Shown: positions 46,291-56,153 of the stretch, piece by piece | Position numbering within the stretch: position 1 is the stretch's first letter | How the letters are laid out: every line of letters begins with the position of its first letter | Source of the DNA: an uncultured Halobacteriales archaeon | GTDB taxonomy: Archaea > Halobacteriota > Halobacteria > Halobacteriales > SKSH01 | Direction: 5' to 3' | DNA length: 64,000 bases | Assembly (NCBI GenBank): GCA_964502835.1 | Contig: CAZCYF010000004.1 | Coordinates: forward strand, 27,548-91,547 | The notes under the pieces: model-generated | The model's input: the letters and a program-made list of their open reading frames with translations, nothing else | Told to the model about the DNA's origin: nothing | Databases searched by the model: none | Position numbers and translations under genes: made by a program

Positions 46291-47568
46291 ATGGCGAGCA
46301 CGCTCGGTCTCGACCGACAGGTGCTGACGCTGGCACTGGCGAGGATGACCGAGTCGATCGGCAACTCCTTCCTGATCGTCGTGTTGCCCCTGTTCATCTC
46401 GAGTGAATTCGTCACCGGCACCCGGTTCGGGCTCACCGAGGTGGCGATGACGGGACTGGTGCTCTCTCTGTTCGGCTTTGTCAACAGCCCACTGCAGCCG
46501 TTCACGGGCCGGCTGTCCGATCGGACCGGCCGTCGAAAGATCTTCGTCCTGGTCGGGTTGGCCGTCCTGGCGGCCGCGAGCTTCGCGTACGCCTTCGCCA
46601 CCGCGTACTGGCACCTGTTGGTGTTACGAATGCTGCAGGGAGTCGCCGGCTCGTTGATCATCCCGACGACGGTCGCACTCGTCAACGATCTCGCCACCGA
46701 TACCAATCGCGGTGGCAACATGGGCACGTACAACACCTTCCGGCTGGTGGGGTTCGGCGCCGGGCCGGTTGCGGCTGGCGTGGTCGTCGAGGGCGGTCCC
46801 TACGAGCTCGCACTCGGTGCCGTCCAGCTGTCGCTGACGGGATTCGACGCCGCGTTCTACCTGGCGGCGACGACCGCAGTGGCGAGTTTCGTCCTCGTCG
46901 CGTTGTTCATTCGCGATCCCCCGGTCGCCGCGAGTCGGCATGAACGCAACATCGGTGGAATCACCGTGTGGGACCGGAGCGGCCGCGGCGTGTTGGACCC
47001 GGTCTTCACCCTCGGAGTGGCCTCTTTCTTTATGGCCGTCGGCATCGCCCTGTTTGCCACGCTCGGTGATCTGATCAACACCCGGCTCGGCCAGGGTGCG
47101 CAGTGGTTCGGCATCCAGTTCGCCGGGTTCGTCCTGGCGCAGGTGTTGTTGCAGGCGCCGATCGGCCGGGCCACGGACTACTACGGCCGCAAGCGGTTCA
47201 TCGTCATCGGCATGGTGCTGCTCGTCCCCACCACGGTTGCCCAGGGTGTCATCCTCGATCCGTTCGGGATGTTCCTCGCGCGGTTTCTCCAGGGGGTGGC
47301 CGGCGCCATGGTCTTCGCGCCAGCGCTCGCCCTCGCCGGCGATCTCGCCCCCGCCGGCGAGTCCGGGACGACCCTCTCGGTCCTGACGATGGCCTTCGGC
47401 TTTGGGGTCGCCTTCGGCCCGCTCGTCTCGGGGTTCCTCGTCGACTTCGGCTTCATCGTCCCGTTCGCCTTCGGCGGGGTGCTCGCAGCGTTCGGGTTCG
47501 TGCTCGTCGTCACGCAGGTCGAAGAGACGGTCGACCCGGAGAACGCCCCCGACGGCTCAGTCACGTAG
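46291..47568 (+). CDS. MFS transporter
   Basis: GRLSDRTGRRK (motif A), RMLQGVAG, GRATDYYGRK, about 12 TM helices. Confidence 0.93.
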   Translation: MASTLGLDRQVLTLALARMTESIGNSFLIVVLPLFISSEFVTGTRFGLTEVAMTGLVLSLFGFVNSPLQPFTGRLSDRTGRRKIFVLVGLAVLAAASFAYAFATAYWHLLVLRMLQGVAGSLIIPTTVALVNDLATDTNRGGNMGTYNTFRLVGFGAGPVAAGVVVEGGPYELALGAVQLSLTGFDAAFYLAATTAVASFVLVALFIRDPPVAASRHERNIGGITVWDRSGRGVLDPVFTLGVASFFMAVGIALFATLGDLINTRLGQGAQWFGIQFAGFVLAQVLLQAPIGRATDYYGRKRFIVIGMVLLVPTTVAQGVILDPFGMFLARFLQGVAGAMVFAPALALAGDLAPAGESGTTLSVLTMAFGFGVAFGPLVSGFLVDFGFIVPFAFGGVLAAFGFVLVVTQVEETVDPENAPDGSVT

Positions 47569-48882
47569 CTCCGTCATGTGATCGATGCGGCGCTCGATCA
47601 GGGATTCGGTCCCGATGTCGTGGCGGATGCGAAGCCCGTCCTCCACGCCCGCCAGCGCCGCCTCGGCCACCCGTTCGGCCCCGGTGATGGTGTCGCCAAG
47701 GCCAACGACGGCGAACGAGCGCGAGGTCGTGGTATAGATCGCACCATCGCGGCGGTCGACGCTCGCGTAAAACAACATCGCCTCCGCGTTCGCCTCGGCG
47801 TGAGTGGCGTTGACCTCGTCGATCGTCGTCTCGTCGACGGTCACCTCGGCACCCGCGGTGGGATCGGTGGGATAGCCGGCTGGTACGGCGTACTTGCACA
47901 CCGTCGCGCGGTCGTCGAACGCCAACGCCGGGAGCTCACGGTCGTCCCGGGGTGCGGTGACGATATCGAGGAAATCCGTCTGCAGTACCGGGAGCGTGTT
48001 CATCGCCTCCGGATCGCCGAACCGGGCGTTGAACTCGACGACCGTCGGACCTGACGCAGTGAGCATGAACTGTCCGTACAGGATTCCTCGGTAGGACGGA
48101 AGCGCGTCGACCGTCTCGCGGAGAATCGCGGCCGCCGCGCGGTAGTCCTCCGGGGTCATGAACGGCAACACCTCCGTTGCATCGCTGTAGCTCCCCATGC
48201 CGCCAGTATTCGGTCCCTCGTCACCCTCGTAGGCACGCTTGTGATCCTGGACGGCCGGCGTGAGTCGGAGCGACCCGTCGGCGACGAAGGCCTGAATGGT
48301 GAATTCCTCACCGATGAGCCGTTCCTCGATGACCCAGCCGTCATAGTCCGCCTCCCGGACGTAGGCGACCGCCTCGTCCTTGGTCAGTTGTTCGCCGGTC
48401 ACGCGGACACCCTTGCCTCCGGTCAACCCGATGGGCTTGACGGCGACATCACCCTCGACAGCCTCGATGTAGTCGACCGCCGCCTCGTCATCCTCGAAGG
48501 TCTCGAATGCAGGACAGCCAGGAATGCCATTGTCGCGCATGAATGCGCGCTGCCACGCTTTGTCGGTCTCGAGGCGCGCGTCAGCCTGCGACGGCGCGAA
48601 CACGTAGTGACCGGCGGACTCCAAGGCGTCGGAGACGCCAGCCTCGAGCGGAGCCTCCGGTCCGATGAGGACGACCGTCGCGCCGATCGACGCGGCGTAC
48701 TCGACGACGGTCGCCGGGTCGGTGGTATCGACCACCTCGAAGCCGGCGGCGATGGCATCGATGCCGGGATTGCGGTTGCCGGCGGCGGCGAAGAGCTCGT
48801 GCGGGCGGTCGCTCCGGTCAACGGCCCGCGCGATCGCGTGTTCTCGACCCCCACCACCGAGGAGTAAAACGGTTTCCGCCAT
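47557..48882 (-). CDS. purD: Phosphoribosylamine--glycine ligase
   Basis: GGGGREHA, IGPEAPL, KPIGLTGGKGV, QDHKRAYEGDEGPNTGGMG, EFNARFGDPE. Confidence 0.97.
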   Translation of the reverse strand: MAETVLLLGGGGREHAIARAVDRSDRPHELFAAAGNRNPGIDAIAAGFEVVDTTDPATVVEYAASIGATVVLIGPEAPLEAGVSDALESAGHYVFAPSQADARLETDKAWQRAFMRDNGIPGCPAFETFEDDEAAVDYIEAVEGDVAVKPIGLTGGKGVRVTGEQLTKDEAVAYVREADYDGWVIEERLIGEEFTIQAFVADGSLRLTPAVQDHKRAYEGDEGPNTGGMGSYSDATEVLPFMTPEDYRAAAAILRETVDALPSYRGILYGQFMLTASGPTVVEFNARFGDPEAMNTLPVLQTDFLDIVTAPRDDRELPALAFDDRATVCKYAVPAGYPTDPTAGAEVTVDETTIDEVNATHAEANAEAMLFYASVDRRDGAIYTTTSRSFAVVGLGDTITGAERVAEAALAGVEDGLRIRHDIGTESLIERRIDHMTELRD

Positions 48883-48906
48883 GTCGGCACGACACCCGGA
48901 GCGGTC

Positions 48907-49857
48907 CTAAAGGTTATCGAGACGGGTGTCACCGGTGACGAACTCGGCGACGGTCGATGCCACCGCATTGTCGGGTTCGAGCCACGGCGCGTGGCCGGCC
49001 CCGTCGAGTACGACGCACTCGGCCCTTGACATCGTGTCCGCGACGGATTGGCCAAGGGATGGCGGATGGAACACGTCCGCACTGCCCCACACGAACAGGG
49101 TTGGCACATCGAGGTCCGCCAGCGAATCGCGAAGGAGCATCTCGTCGGTCAGGCCACGAAAGCCGGTCATCGCTTCCACCAGTGAGTTGCGACTCGCCCG
49201 CTGCCGTGGCATTGCATCGGCCAGGCGCTGAGTCGCGATGAGATCGCCGTCGAGGGCAGCCGGATCTGCGACCAACACCGGTGAATACTCATCTCGGGTC
49301 GAACCGTTTCGCGTTCCGAGAGCCATGGGTGGACCGAACGGTGCCGAGAGGAATTCGCCAACCAGCCGGTAATCCCATGAGACGGTTCGAGACAGGCCCG
49401 CTGGTGCACCCAGAAGCACGAGTCGATCGACCCGATCGGGCCGATCGAGGGCATACGCCAGCGCCTGAAACCCGCCGAACGAATGGCCGACGAGCGTGAC
49501 CGATCGCTGCTCGAGCGTGTCGAGAACCTGATCGCCGAGCTGGCGGAGGAACGACCGAAGCTCCCCTCGCCGGTAGGTGTGTGGATCGGACAGCCCCCGC
49601 CCGGGGCGATCGACAGCGATGCCGTCGACGCGATCGGCAACGGCGGCGAGCAATGGTACGAAGGTCGTCGCCGTGACGCCGAGGCCGTGAAAGAACACGG
49701 CCGGTGGTCCCGTCCCGGCCCGGAGGACGTGGAGCTGTTCGATGGGGTCCTCGATCGTCCACTCGGTCGACGCGTGGTTCAGCTCGTACGTCTCCAGAAG
49801 GCGCCGTTGCGCCGCCGTGTAGGCCGCTCGTGGCCGATCGGTAGTCATCGAACGCAT
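48907..49857 (-). CDS. Alpha/beta fold hydrolase
   Basis: FFHGLG, DRPGRGLS, GHSFGG nucleophile elbow, FVWGSAD, GAGHAPW. Confidence 0.88.
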   Translation of the reverse strand: MRSMTTDRPRAAYTAAQRRLLETYELNHASTEWTIEDPIEQLHVLRAGTGPPAVFFHGLGVTATTFVPLLAAVADRVDGIAVDRPGRGLSDPHTYRRGELRSFLRQLGDQVLDTLEQRSVTLVGHSFGGFQALAYALDRPDRVDRLVLLGAPAGLSRTVSWDYRLVGEFLSAPFGPPMALGTRNGSTRDEYSPVLVADPAALDGDLIATQRLADAMPRQRASRNSLVEAMTGFRGLTDEMLLRDSLADLDVPTLFVWGSADVFHPPSLGQSVADTMSRAECVVLDGAGHAPWLEPDNAVASTVAEFVTGDTRLDNL

Positions 49858-49929
49858 GCGAGGTGACGTCGCTCAGCCGAGGAGAGGGACCCGGCCGCCT
49901 AAGATGGCTCGGATCCTATTGCGGCCACG

Positions 49930-52008
49930 GTGACGATCGTCGACGACAACCGCCTCGAAGCGGCAACGAGTCCGTACCTGCAGGCCCACGCGGAAAACCC
50001 CGTCAACTGGCAACCCTGGGACGAACAGACGTTGGAGACGGCCCGTGAGCAGGCGGTCCCCATCTTCCTCTCGATCGGCTACGTCGCCTGTCACTGGTGT
50101 CACGTGATGGCCGAGGAGAGCTTCGAAGACGACGAGGTCGCCGCCGTCCTCAACGAACGCTACGTCCCGATCAAGGTCGACCGCGAGGAACGCCCCGACC
50201 TCGACCAGTACTATCAGACCGCGTGCCAGCTGACGACCGGCGGTGGGGGCTGGCCCCTCTCGGCCTGGCTGACGCCGGCTGGACGACCGTTTCAACTGGG
50301 TACCTACTTCCCGAAACGCGGTCGGGGTGGCCAGCCGGGCTTCCTCGAGCTCCTGGAGCGTCTCGCCAACGCCTGGGACGACGAGCGCGCTGACGTCAAA
50401 GCGCGAGCCGATCGGCTGCACGAAGCGGTCGAGGCCGATCGATCCGACGGTCACGACCGGGCTACCGCGGAGACCGAAGCCGGAGTCCGATCGACGTCAG
50501 CCCAATCCGTTCTTCGCTCTGTCGACTGGGACTATGGCGGATTCGGGTCGGCGGGGCCGAAGTTTCCGAACGTCCCGCGGCTGTTGCTGTTGTTGCGGTC
50601 TTGGGAACAGACCGGGCGGGATCGGACGCGTGAGGCGGTCGAGCTTTCGCTCACGAGCATGGCCGACGGCGGCATCTACGACCATCTCGCCGGCGGATTC
50701 CACCGCTATGCGACGGATCGGCGCTGGAACATCCCGCATTTCGAGAAGATGGCCTACGACAATGCTCAGCTCCTTGAGTGCTATGCCCGGGCGGCGGTCG
50801 CCTTCGATCACGACCGGTTCGCCGAGGTGGCCCGTGAATCGGCGCGGTTTCTCCATACCGATCTCGGACACCCCGCTGGAGGTGTGTTCAGCTCACTGGG
50901 GGCGGATGTCGACGGCACGGAGGGGTTGACCTACGTGTGGCAACCGGGCGACCTCGAACCCCTCGACGAGACCCGCCGCGGGCTCGTCCAAGCCCGGTTC
51001 GGGATCGACGATGACCCAGACGTGGAGGAGGGGTGCGTGGTGCGCGTCGAGCGATCGATCGACACGCTCGCAGCGGAGTTCGACCTCGACGCGGCGACCG
51101 TCGAGGCGGAGTTGGACGCCGGCCTCGAGGCCATGCGAGCGATCCGGACCGACCGACCCCAGCCCGACCGGGACGAAAAGGTGCTCGCGGCGTGGAATGG
51201 GCTCGCGATGAGCGGCCTCTCGGTGGCCGGTGGGCTGTTGGCGACCGACGGCCTCGCGGACCGGGCGCGCGAGACGCTCGCGTTCGTCAAGCGCGAGTTG
51301 GTGACCGATGCGAATCGGCTCCAGCGAGTTTATCGGGATGGAACCACCAACGGCCCGGCCTTCCTCGACGACTATGCGGCCGTCGCCCGCGGCGCATTCC
51401 ACCACTATCGTGTCTCCGGGGAGCCGACGAGCCTGCAGTTCGCACTGACGATGGTCGACGGCCTGATCGATACCCATTGGAACGCCTCGAGCGGTCGGTT
51501 GCGATTCACCCCGCTCGGCCATAACGAGGGGCCTCCGACCGATCCGCTGGATGCCCGGGATCGGTCGATGCCGTCACCCGTCGCGCTCGCGATCGACGCC
51601 TTAGCGACGGCCGAGCTGATGCATCCCGACGATCGGGTCGGTGCGGTGCTCGATGCCGTCGTCGAGACCTATCGGTCCCGCGCACGGGACGGCGGTCATG
51701 CGGCACTCGCCGTCGCCATCGACCGCGTTGACCAGGGGCCACCTTCGCTGACGATCGTCGGCGAGCCACCATCGCCGGCCATGCGTCGAACGCTCAACCG
51801 TATGAATCCCGATCTCATCGTGACACACCGCCCACCCGGTGAGCGAGCGCACGCGCTCGCCGAGGACCTCGGATTCGAGGCGTTGCCCCCACTCTGGCGG
51901 GACCGTCCCCAGCGCGAGGGCGATCCAACGATCTACCCCTGTCGGGGGCACACGTGTGGGCGGCCAACGTCCCGACTGGAGGCGGCCCGCGGCTGGCTCG
52001 ACGACTGA
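49930..52008 (+). CDS. Thioredoxin-domain protein (YyaL/DUF255/SPATA20 family)
   Basis: SPYLQAHAENPVNW, ACHWCHVMAEESF, KVDREERPD, PHFEKMAYDNA, DEKVLAAWNG. Confidence 0.93.
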   Translation: MTIVDDNRLEAATSPYLQAHAENPVNWQPWDEQTLETAREQAVPIFLSIGYVACHWCHVMAEESFEDDEVAAVLNERYVPIKVDREERPDLDQYYQTACQLTTGGGGWPLSAWLTPAGRPFQLGTYFPKRGRGGQPGFLELLERLANAWDDERADVKARADRLHEAVEADRSDGHDRATAETEAGVRSTSAQSVLRSVDWDYGGFGSAGPKFPNVPRLLLLLRSWEQTGRDRTREAVELSLTSMADGGIYDHLAGGFHRYATDRRWNIPHFEKMAYDNAQLLECYARAAVAFDHDRFAEVARESARFLHTDLGHPAGGVFSSLGADVDGTEGLTYVWQPGDLEPLDETRRGLVQARFGIDDDPDVEEGCVVRVERSIDTLAAEFDLDAATVEAELDAGLEAMRAIRTDRPQPDRDEKVLAAWNGLAMSGLSVAGGLLATDGLADRARETLAFVKRELVTDANRLQRVYRDGTTNGPAFLDDYAAVARGAFHHYRVSGEPTSLQFALTMVDGLIDTHWNASSGRLRFTPLGHNEGPPTDPLDARDRSMPSPVALAIDALATAELMHPDDRVGAVLDAVVETYRSRARDGGHAALAVAIDRVDQGPPSLTIVGEPPSPAMRRTLNRMNPDLIVTHRPPGERAHALAEDLGFEALPPLWRDRPQREGDPTIYPCRGHTCGRPTSRLEAARGWLDD

Positions 52009-52009
52009 C

Positions 52010-52465
52010 TCATTGCCCGAACTCCGAGGCGGCGACCCGGACGACGACCGTTTCGTCGACCTCACGGAGGTCATACGCGGGGATGGATCCATCGTGGCGA
52101 CGTTCGGCATACATGGGTTCGACGAGTCGGTTCGCGTCGACGCCATAGATCTTGACCAGCCCCGCCGTCGCCTCCGGGTCGGATGACTCCTCGCGAAGCT
52201 GTCCGGCGAGCTCGCGAGACAGCCACTCCGTGTCGCTGACGGCGGGTTCGCGCACGAACACGTCGGCGACCGTCCGCCGAAGATACCAGTCGAGATCGGC
52301 CAACAGCGCGACCGCCGAGCCGAGGCTGACCGTGTCGATCGTGATCGCGTTCTCGTACACGGTATCGATGTCGTACGGCGAAAGCGCCTGACGCACCGTC
52401 TCGTACGCCATGAGCCCCTCCTGGGGAGACTGCTCCGGCGGCGTCACGAAGCACACGGCCGTCAC
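52010..52465 (-). CDS. Conserved haloarchaeal hypothetical protein (DUF5804-like)
   Basis: YETVRQALSPYD...SLGSAVALLADLDWYLRR...WLSRELA. Confidence 0.7.
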   Translation of the reverse strand: MTAVCFVTPPEQSPQEGLMAYETVRQALSPYDIDTVYENAITIDTVSLGSAVALLADLDWYLRRTVADVFVREPAVSDTEWLSRELAGQLREESSDPEATAGLVKIYGVDANRLVEPMYAERRHDGSIPAYDLREVDETVVVRVAASEFGQ

Positions 52466-52516
52466 GACTCCCCACGAGAGGCGGGGTGGATTAAGCCATT
52501 TCGGCGGGCTGCGCGC

Positions 52517-53722
52517 TTAAAAGGTTGATAGCTCACCCTGGACCAGCCGTTGGGTGAACTCGGGGATGCGCTCCAGCCCACGATCGAGCTCCCTCGCGAC
52601 CGGTCGCTCGAGGTCGGCAACGGAGACGCCTGTGGCAGGAACTACGTGCGCGTCGGCGATCTGAGGCTGGTCAATCGGCTGACCGATCCGGCTCAACAGC
52701 CGCACGCGAAGGTCGCGGATGCCGTCGACCTCCTCGACGGTCCTGTGGGCGATATCGGTGGCGAGGAGGTTGTAGATCTTCCCGATGTGGTTGACGGGAT
52801 TCTTTCCGGACGTCGCCTCCAGGCTCATCGACCGGTTGGGTGTGATCAGACCGTTTGCCCGATTGCCACGTCCAACGGAGCCGTCGTCACCGTTCTCTGC
52901 GGACGTACCCGTGACGGTGTAGTAGACCGAATCCTCACCGAAATCGTCGGCCGTATTGACCGACACCTCAACCTCGAGGTCCGTCTCCCGCTCGGCCAGT
53001 CGACGGACGTACGCGTCAATCTCGTCGACGACCGCCTCGTAGTCGCCGAGGTCGGCGACGTGTTCGTCGATGACGGCCGCCGCAACGGTCAACGCGAGGT
53101 GGTCGTCTTCGCGTTTGCCCATGACCTTGATGTCGGGCCCGATTGCGGAATGCTCCTCGGCAAACGGTCCGTTCAGCCCGCGCTCGGTTTCAAGCACGAT
53201 CCGTTCGGTGTCTGAAAGCGGGGCATGGCCGACCCCGAAGCTCGTGTCGTTGGCGGCCGGGATCGAGCGACCCTCACCGCCAAAGACGGTCTTCAAATCG
53301 CCGCTCCCTTCGCCGAGGCGGACGTCGAGGATGACGTCGCTACCGACGGACAGCCGTGGAACGGTCTCGCGGAGGTACGACCGGGCGGCCTGCAACGCGA
53401 TGCGCTCAGCGGGGAACGATTCCCCGCGATACTGCTTGGTGGCCCGGCCGACGATCAGGATGTAGATCGGACTCAACACTTCGCCGCCGCCATAGTCTGG
53501 CTCGGCGGTACCGGCGACGAGTTGCGTCTCGTCCGTGTTGTAATGGAGGACCCGACCGAAGCGGTCGAGATACCCCTTCGCGAGCGCACGGCTCACGCTT
53601 TCGGCGATGCCATCACACAACGAATCCGGGTGACCGAGCCCCTTTCGCTCGACGATCTCGACGGACTGATCGCCGACCGCTGGGCGATCAAAGGTGGTCA
53701 CCCTGACGTTCCGCTCGACCAT
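52517..53722 (-). CDS. mat: Methionine adenosyltransferase (archaeal type)
   Basis: [60 protein letters not shown]. Confidence 0.97.
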   Translation of the reverse strand: MVERNVRVTTFDRPAVGDQSVEIVERKGLGHPDSLCDGIAESVSRALAKGYLDRFGRVLHYNTDETQLVAGTAEPDYGGGEVLSPIYILIVGRATKQYRGESFPAERIALQAARSYLRETVPRLSVGSDVILDVRLGEGSGDLKTVFGGEGRSIPAANDTSFGVGHAPLSDTERIVLETERGLNGPFAEEHSAIGPDIKVMGKREDDHLALTVAAAVIDEHVADLGDYEAVVDEIDAYVRRLAERETDLEVEVSVNTADDFGEDSVYYTVTGTSAENGDDGSVGRGNRANGLITPNRSMSLEATSGKNPVNHIGKIYNLLATDIAHRTVEEVDGIRDLRVRLLSRIGQPIDQPQIADAHVVPATGVSVADLERPVARELDRGLERIPEFTQRLVQGELSTF

Positions 53723-53785
53723 TGACCGACCGTATCTAGGCTCAGGTTCTATAACTTGCGAAAAGCCATCGGCAGTGAAATATTA

Positions 53786-54346
53786 CTACTGGGAATCATT
53801 TAACACCAGGTCGAGATACGTCCGCTCCTCACGTGGGGCTCCCTCGAGCCCGAGGTCGGTCATGAGGGTCTCGATCGTGTGCGCGGCGGCCGTCCGATCG
53901 GTCGCGGCCACGACCCGTTCGATTTCGACGAAGCGGCCGATCCCCTCCACCTCGTCGAGCGTGACGGTGGATGTTCCGTCGTCGAAGCGTTCCCGACGCT
54001 TGGTCACCGGGCCGACGAGATCGCAGTCCATCGCCCGGGCGATGGTGAGGAGGGTGGTTGCGTCCTTGACGCGACAACGGTGTTCGACGCGCGATTTCAG
54101 CGCCCTCGAGGCCTCCTCCCGGGGGCCCTTGTAGGCCAGGATCGCGTGCGTCTGATCCGTCTCGAGATCGGTAACCGTTCGGATCCGAAGGGCTTCGTCG
54201 GTGACCGCAAGGTCCCGGTGGGGGACGTCGAGGTACCGATCGACATGCCGTTCGTATGCCGAGCGTGCGAAGCCAAGACGACGGAGCCGCGGTCGGAGCA
54301 CGTCGTGGTCCGCACGGAGCTTGAGTTCGACCTCGGTTCGGGCCAC
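53786..54346 (-). CDS. cyaB: CYTH/triphosphate tunnel metalloenzyme (CyaB-like)
   Basis: EVELK (ExExK), DRY, ALRIR, YKGP, KRRE, LDEVEGIGRFVEIE. Confidence 0.88.
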   Translation of the reverse strand: MARTEVELKLRADHDVLRPRLRRLGFARSAYERHVDRYLDVPHRDLAVTDEALRIRTVTDLETDQTHAILAYKGPREEASRALKSRVEHRCRVKDATTLLTIARAMDCDLVGPVTKRRERFDDGTSTVTLDEVEGIGRFVEIERVVAATDRTAAAHTIETLMTDLGLEGAPREERTYLDLVLNDSQ

Positions 54347-54440
54347 ACCGGTCCCTGACCGGCATGGTACTTAGCCACACTGCCGTGGAGCGCCCGGAAA
54401 CAACGTGATTCTTAAATGCTGACCGGCGAACGTCTCAATA

Positions 54441-55418
54441 ATGACAGACGAACCCGACGAGACCGAGGGTGACGCCGACGACACTTCGATCGACACCGCC
54501 GCCGAGGAGGAACAGCCCACCAGCCCCGGAGAGGGGGACGCCTCGGAAGCCGACGAGGCCGAGGCACCGGCCGAGTCGTCGGCAGCCGACGGACTCCAAC
54601 CCGGGGACGTCGTTCGTATCGATTTTACCGCCTATTCCGTCGAGAGCGAGCAGCTCGTCGATACGACGGACCCCGACGTAGCCGAGGAGGAGGGCATCGA
54701 CGATGAGGACCAAACGTTCGAACCGCGTATTATCGTCCTCGGCGAGGGACACGTCTTCGATCCCCTCGACGAGGCCATCATCGGCGGCGAACCCGGTGAT
54801 TCGGGTACCGTCGTGGTCCCAGCCGCTGAAGCCTTCGGCGAGGTCGATCCCGACGACGTTCGGACCATCAGCGCGGACAAGATCCCGGAGGACGACCGCT
54901 ATCCGGGGGCCCACGTCGACATCGAGGGCCAACACGGCTTCGTCGAGACGATCGTCGGTGGCCGAGCTCGGGTCGACTTCAACCACCCCCTCGCCGGCGA
55001 GGACATCGAATACGAGTACGAGATCCTCGAGGAGGTCGAGGACCGCGAAGCGCTTGCCAAAGGTCTGATCGAGGCGTTCCTCGATCTGGAGCTGGAGGTG
55101 TGGTTCGACGAGGATGAGATCGAACCCGACGAGGAGGCCACCGATGCGGACGACGACGAGGCACCCGAGCCGGAGTCGGTCGAATCGCTCTACATCGAGG
55201 CGACGCCCGAGCTCACCATGAACCAACAGTGGCTCTTCATGAAACAGCAGGTGGCCGACCAGCTGATCGACCACGTCGATGTCGATCGGGTGGTCGTCCA
55301 GGAGATCGTCGAACACAGCCAGGCACAGTTCGGCGGCATGGAGTCGATGCTCCCCGACGACGTCGACGCGGAGGAAGCCCTTGCGGACGTCGAGGGGCTC
55401 GACGAGCTCGAAGAGTAA
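54441..55418 (+). CDS. FKBP-type peptidyl-prolyl isomerase (long archaeal SlyD-like)
   Basis: DVVRIDFT, VDTTDP, AEAFGE, VDFNHPLAG. Very acidic termini. Confidence 0.93.
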   Translation: MTDEPDETEGDADDTSIDTAAEEEQPTSPGEGDASEADEAEAPAESSAADGLQPGDVVRIDFTAYSVESEQLVDTTDPDVAEEEGIDDEDQTFEPRIIVLGEGHVFDPLDEAIIGGEPGDSGTVVVPAAEAFGEVDPDDVRTISADKIPEDDRYPGAHVDIEGQHGFVETIVGGRARVDFNHPLAGEDIEYEYEILEEVEDREALAKGLIEAFLDLELEVWFDEDEIEPDEEATDADDDEAPEPESVESLYIEATPELTMNQQWLFMKQQVADQLIDHVDVDRVVVQEIVEHSQAQFGGMESMLPDDVDAEEALADVEGLDELEE

Positions 55419-55421
55419 TCG

Positions 55422-56045
55422 TCAGGCGATATCCCGGCTCATATCGACCGCCACCTCGTCGACGAGCTCCAGCTTGATCTCGACGGGGATGGGACTGCCG
55501 GCCCGGTTTTTCGGGATCGTCAGCCGGTTGACCAGCGATGAACCGCGCAGCTCGACCTGGAGGTCGAACACCACGTCTGCTGCGTGCAGCGTATACCGAC
55601 GATGATCCGGGTCGTGTCCGTCGTCGAGGCAGTGCAAGACGGCAAAGCCGCCCGTGTTCTGCAGATGGGTCTGGAGGTCGTTCATGAAGGCGACAAACCG
55701 ACTGTACTCGCGTTGTTCGATGGGATCCAGGGGATCGATGAGGAGGGTCATCTCCTCGTCAAGTCGACCGATGGCCCGGTTCGCCTGGTCGAGCACCTCG
55801 GCCCCGGTGAGCTCGCGAACGGTCGGATCGCCAGTCGGTGCGTTCGTCGCCCGGAGGCCGTCTCGCACCGCGGCCGCCGACCGAACGGTCGAGAGATACA
55901 GCGACTGTCGAGGGGCGGTCAGCTGATAGAGCAACAACTCGGCGTTGCTGGAGGGTGGCGCAACGAGGGCCACGATGGACCCGCTCGGGATCCCACCTTC
56001 GAGTTGGCGGTCGAGGATATCGATGCCCGTCGCCAGCTTGCTCAT
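55422..56045 (-). CDS. RAD55/KaiC-like RecA-fold protein with degenerate P-loop
   Basis: TGIDILDRQLEGGIPSGS, LYLST, ADVVFDL, L.IPKNR. The Walker A position reads APPSSNAE. Confidence 0.75.
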   Translation of the reverse strand: MSKLATGIDILDRQLEGGIPSGSIVALVAPPSSNAELLLYQLTAPRQSLYLSTVRSAAAVRDGLRATNAPTGDPTVRELTGAEVLDQANRAIGRLDEEMTLLIDPLDPIEQREYSRFVAFMNDLQTHLQNTGGFAVLHCLDDGHDPDHRRYTLHAADVVFDLQVELRGSSLVNRLTIPKNRAGSPIPVEIKLELVDEVAVDMSRDIA

Positions 56046-56153
56046 CGGCTGTAGCCGGCGTAAGCCATACCGACTATATAACCCTTGTCCCGAGACGCCG
56101 CTCTGGCGGGCGTGTGGGGAGTTTTTTGGTGGCGTAGGTCGCCATCTGGATCG

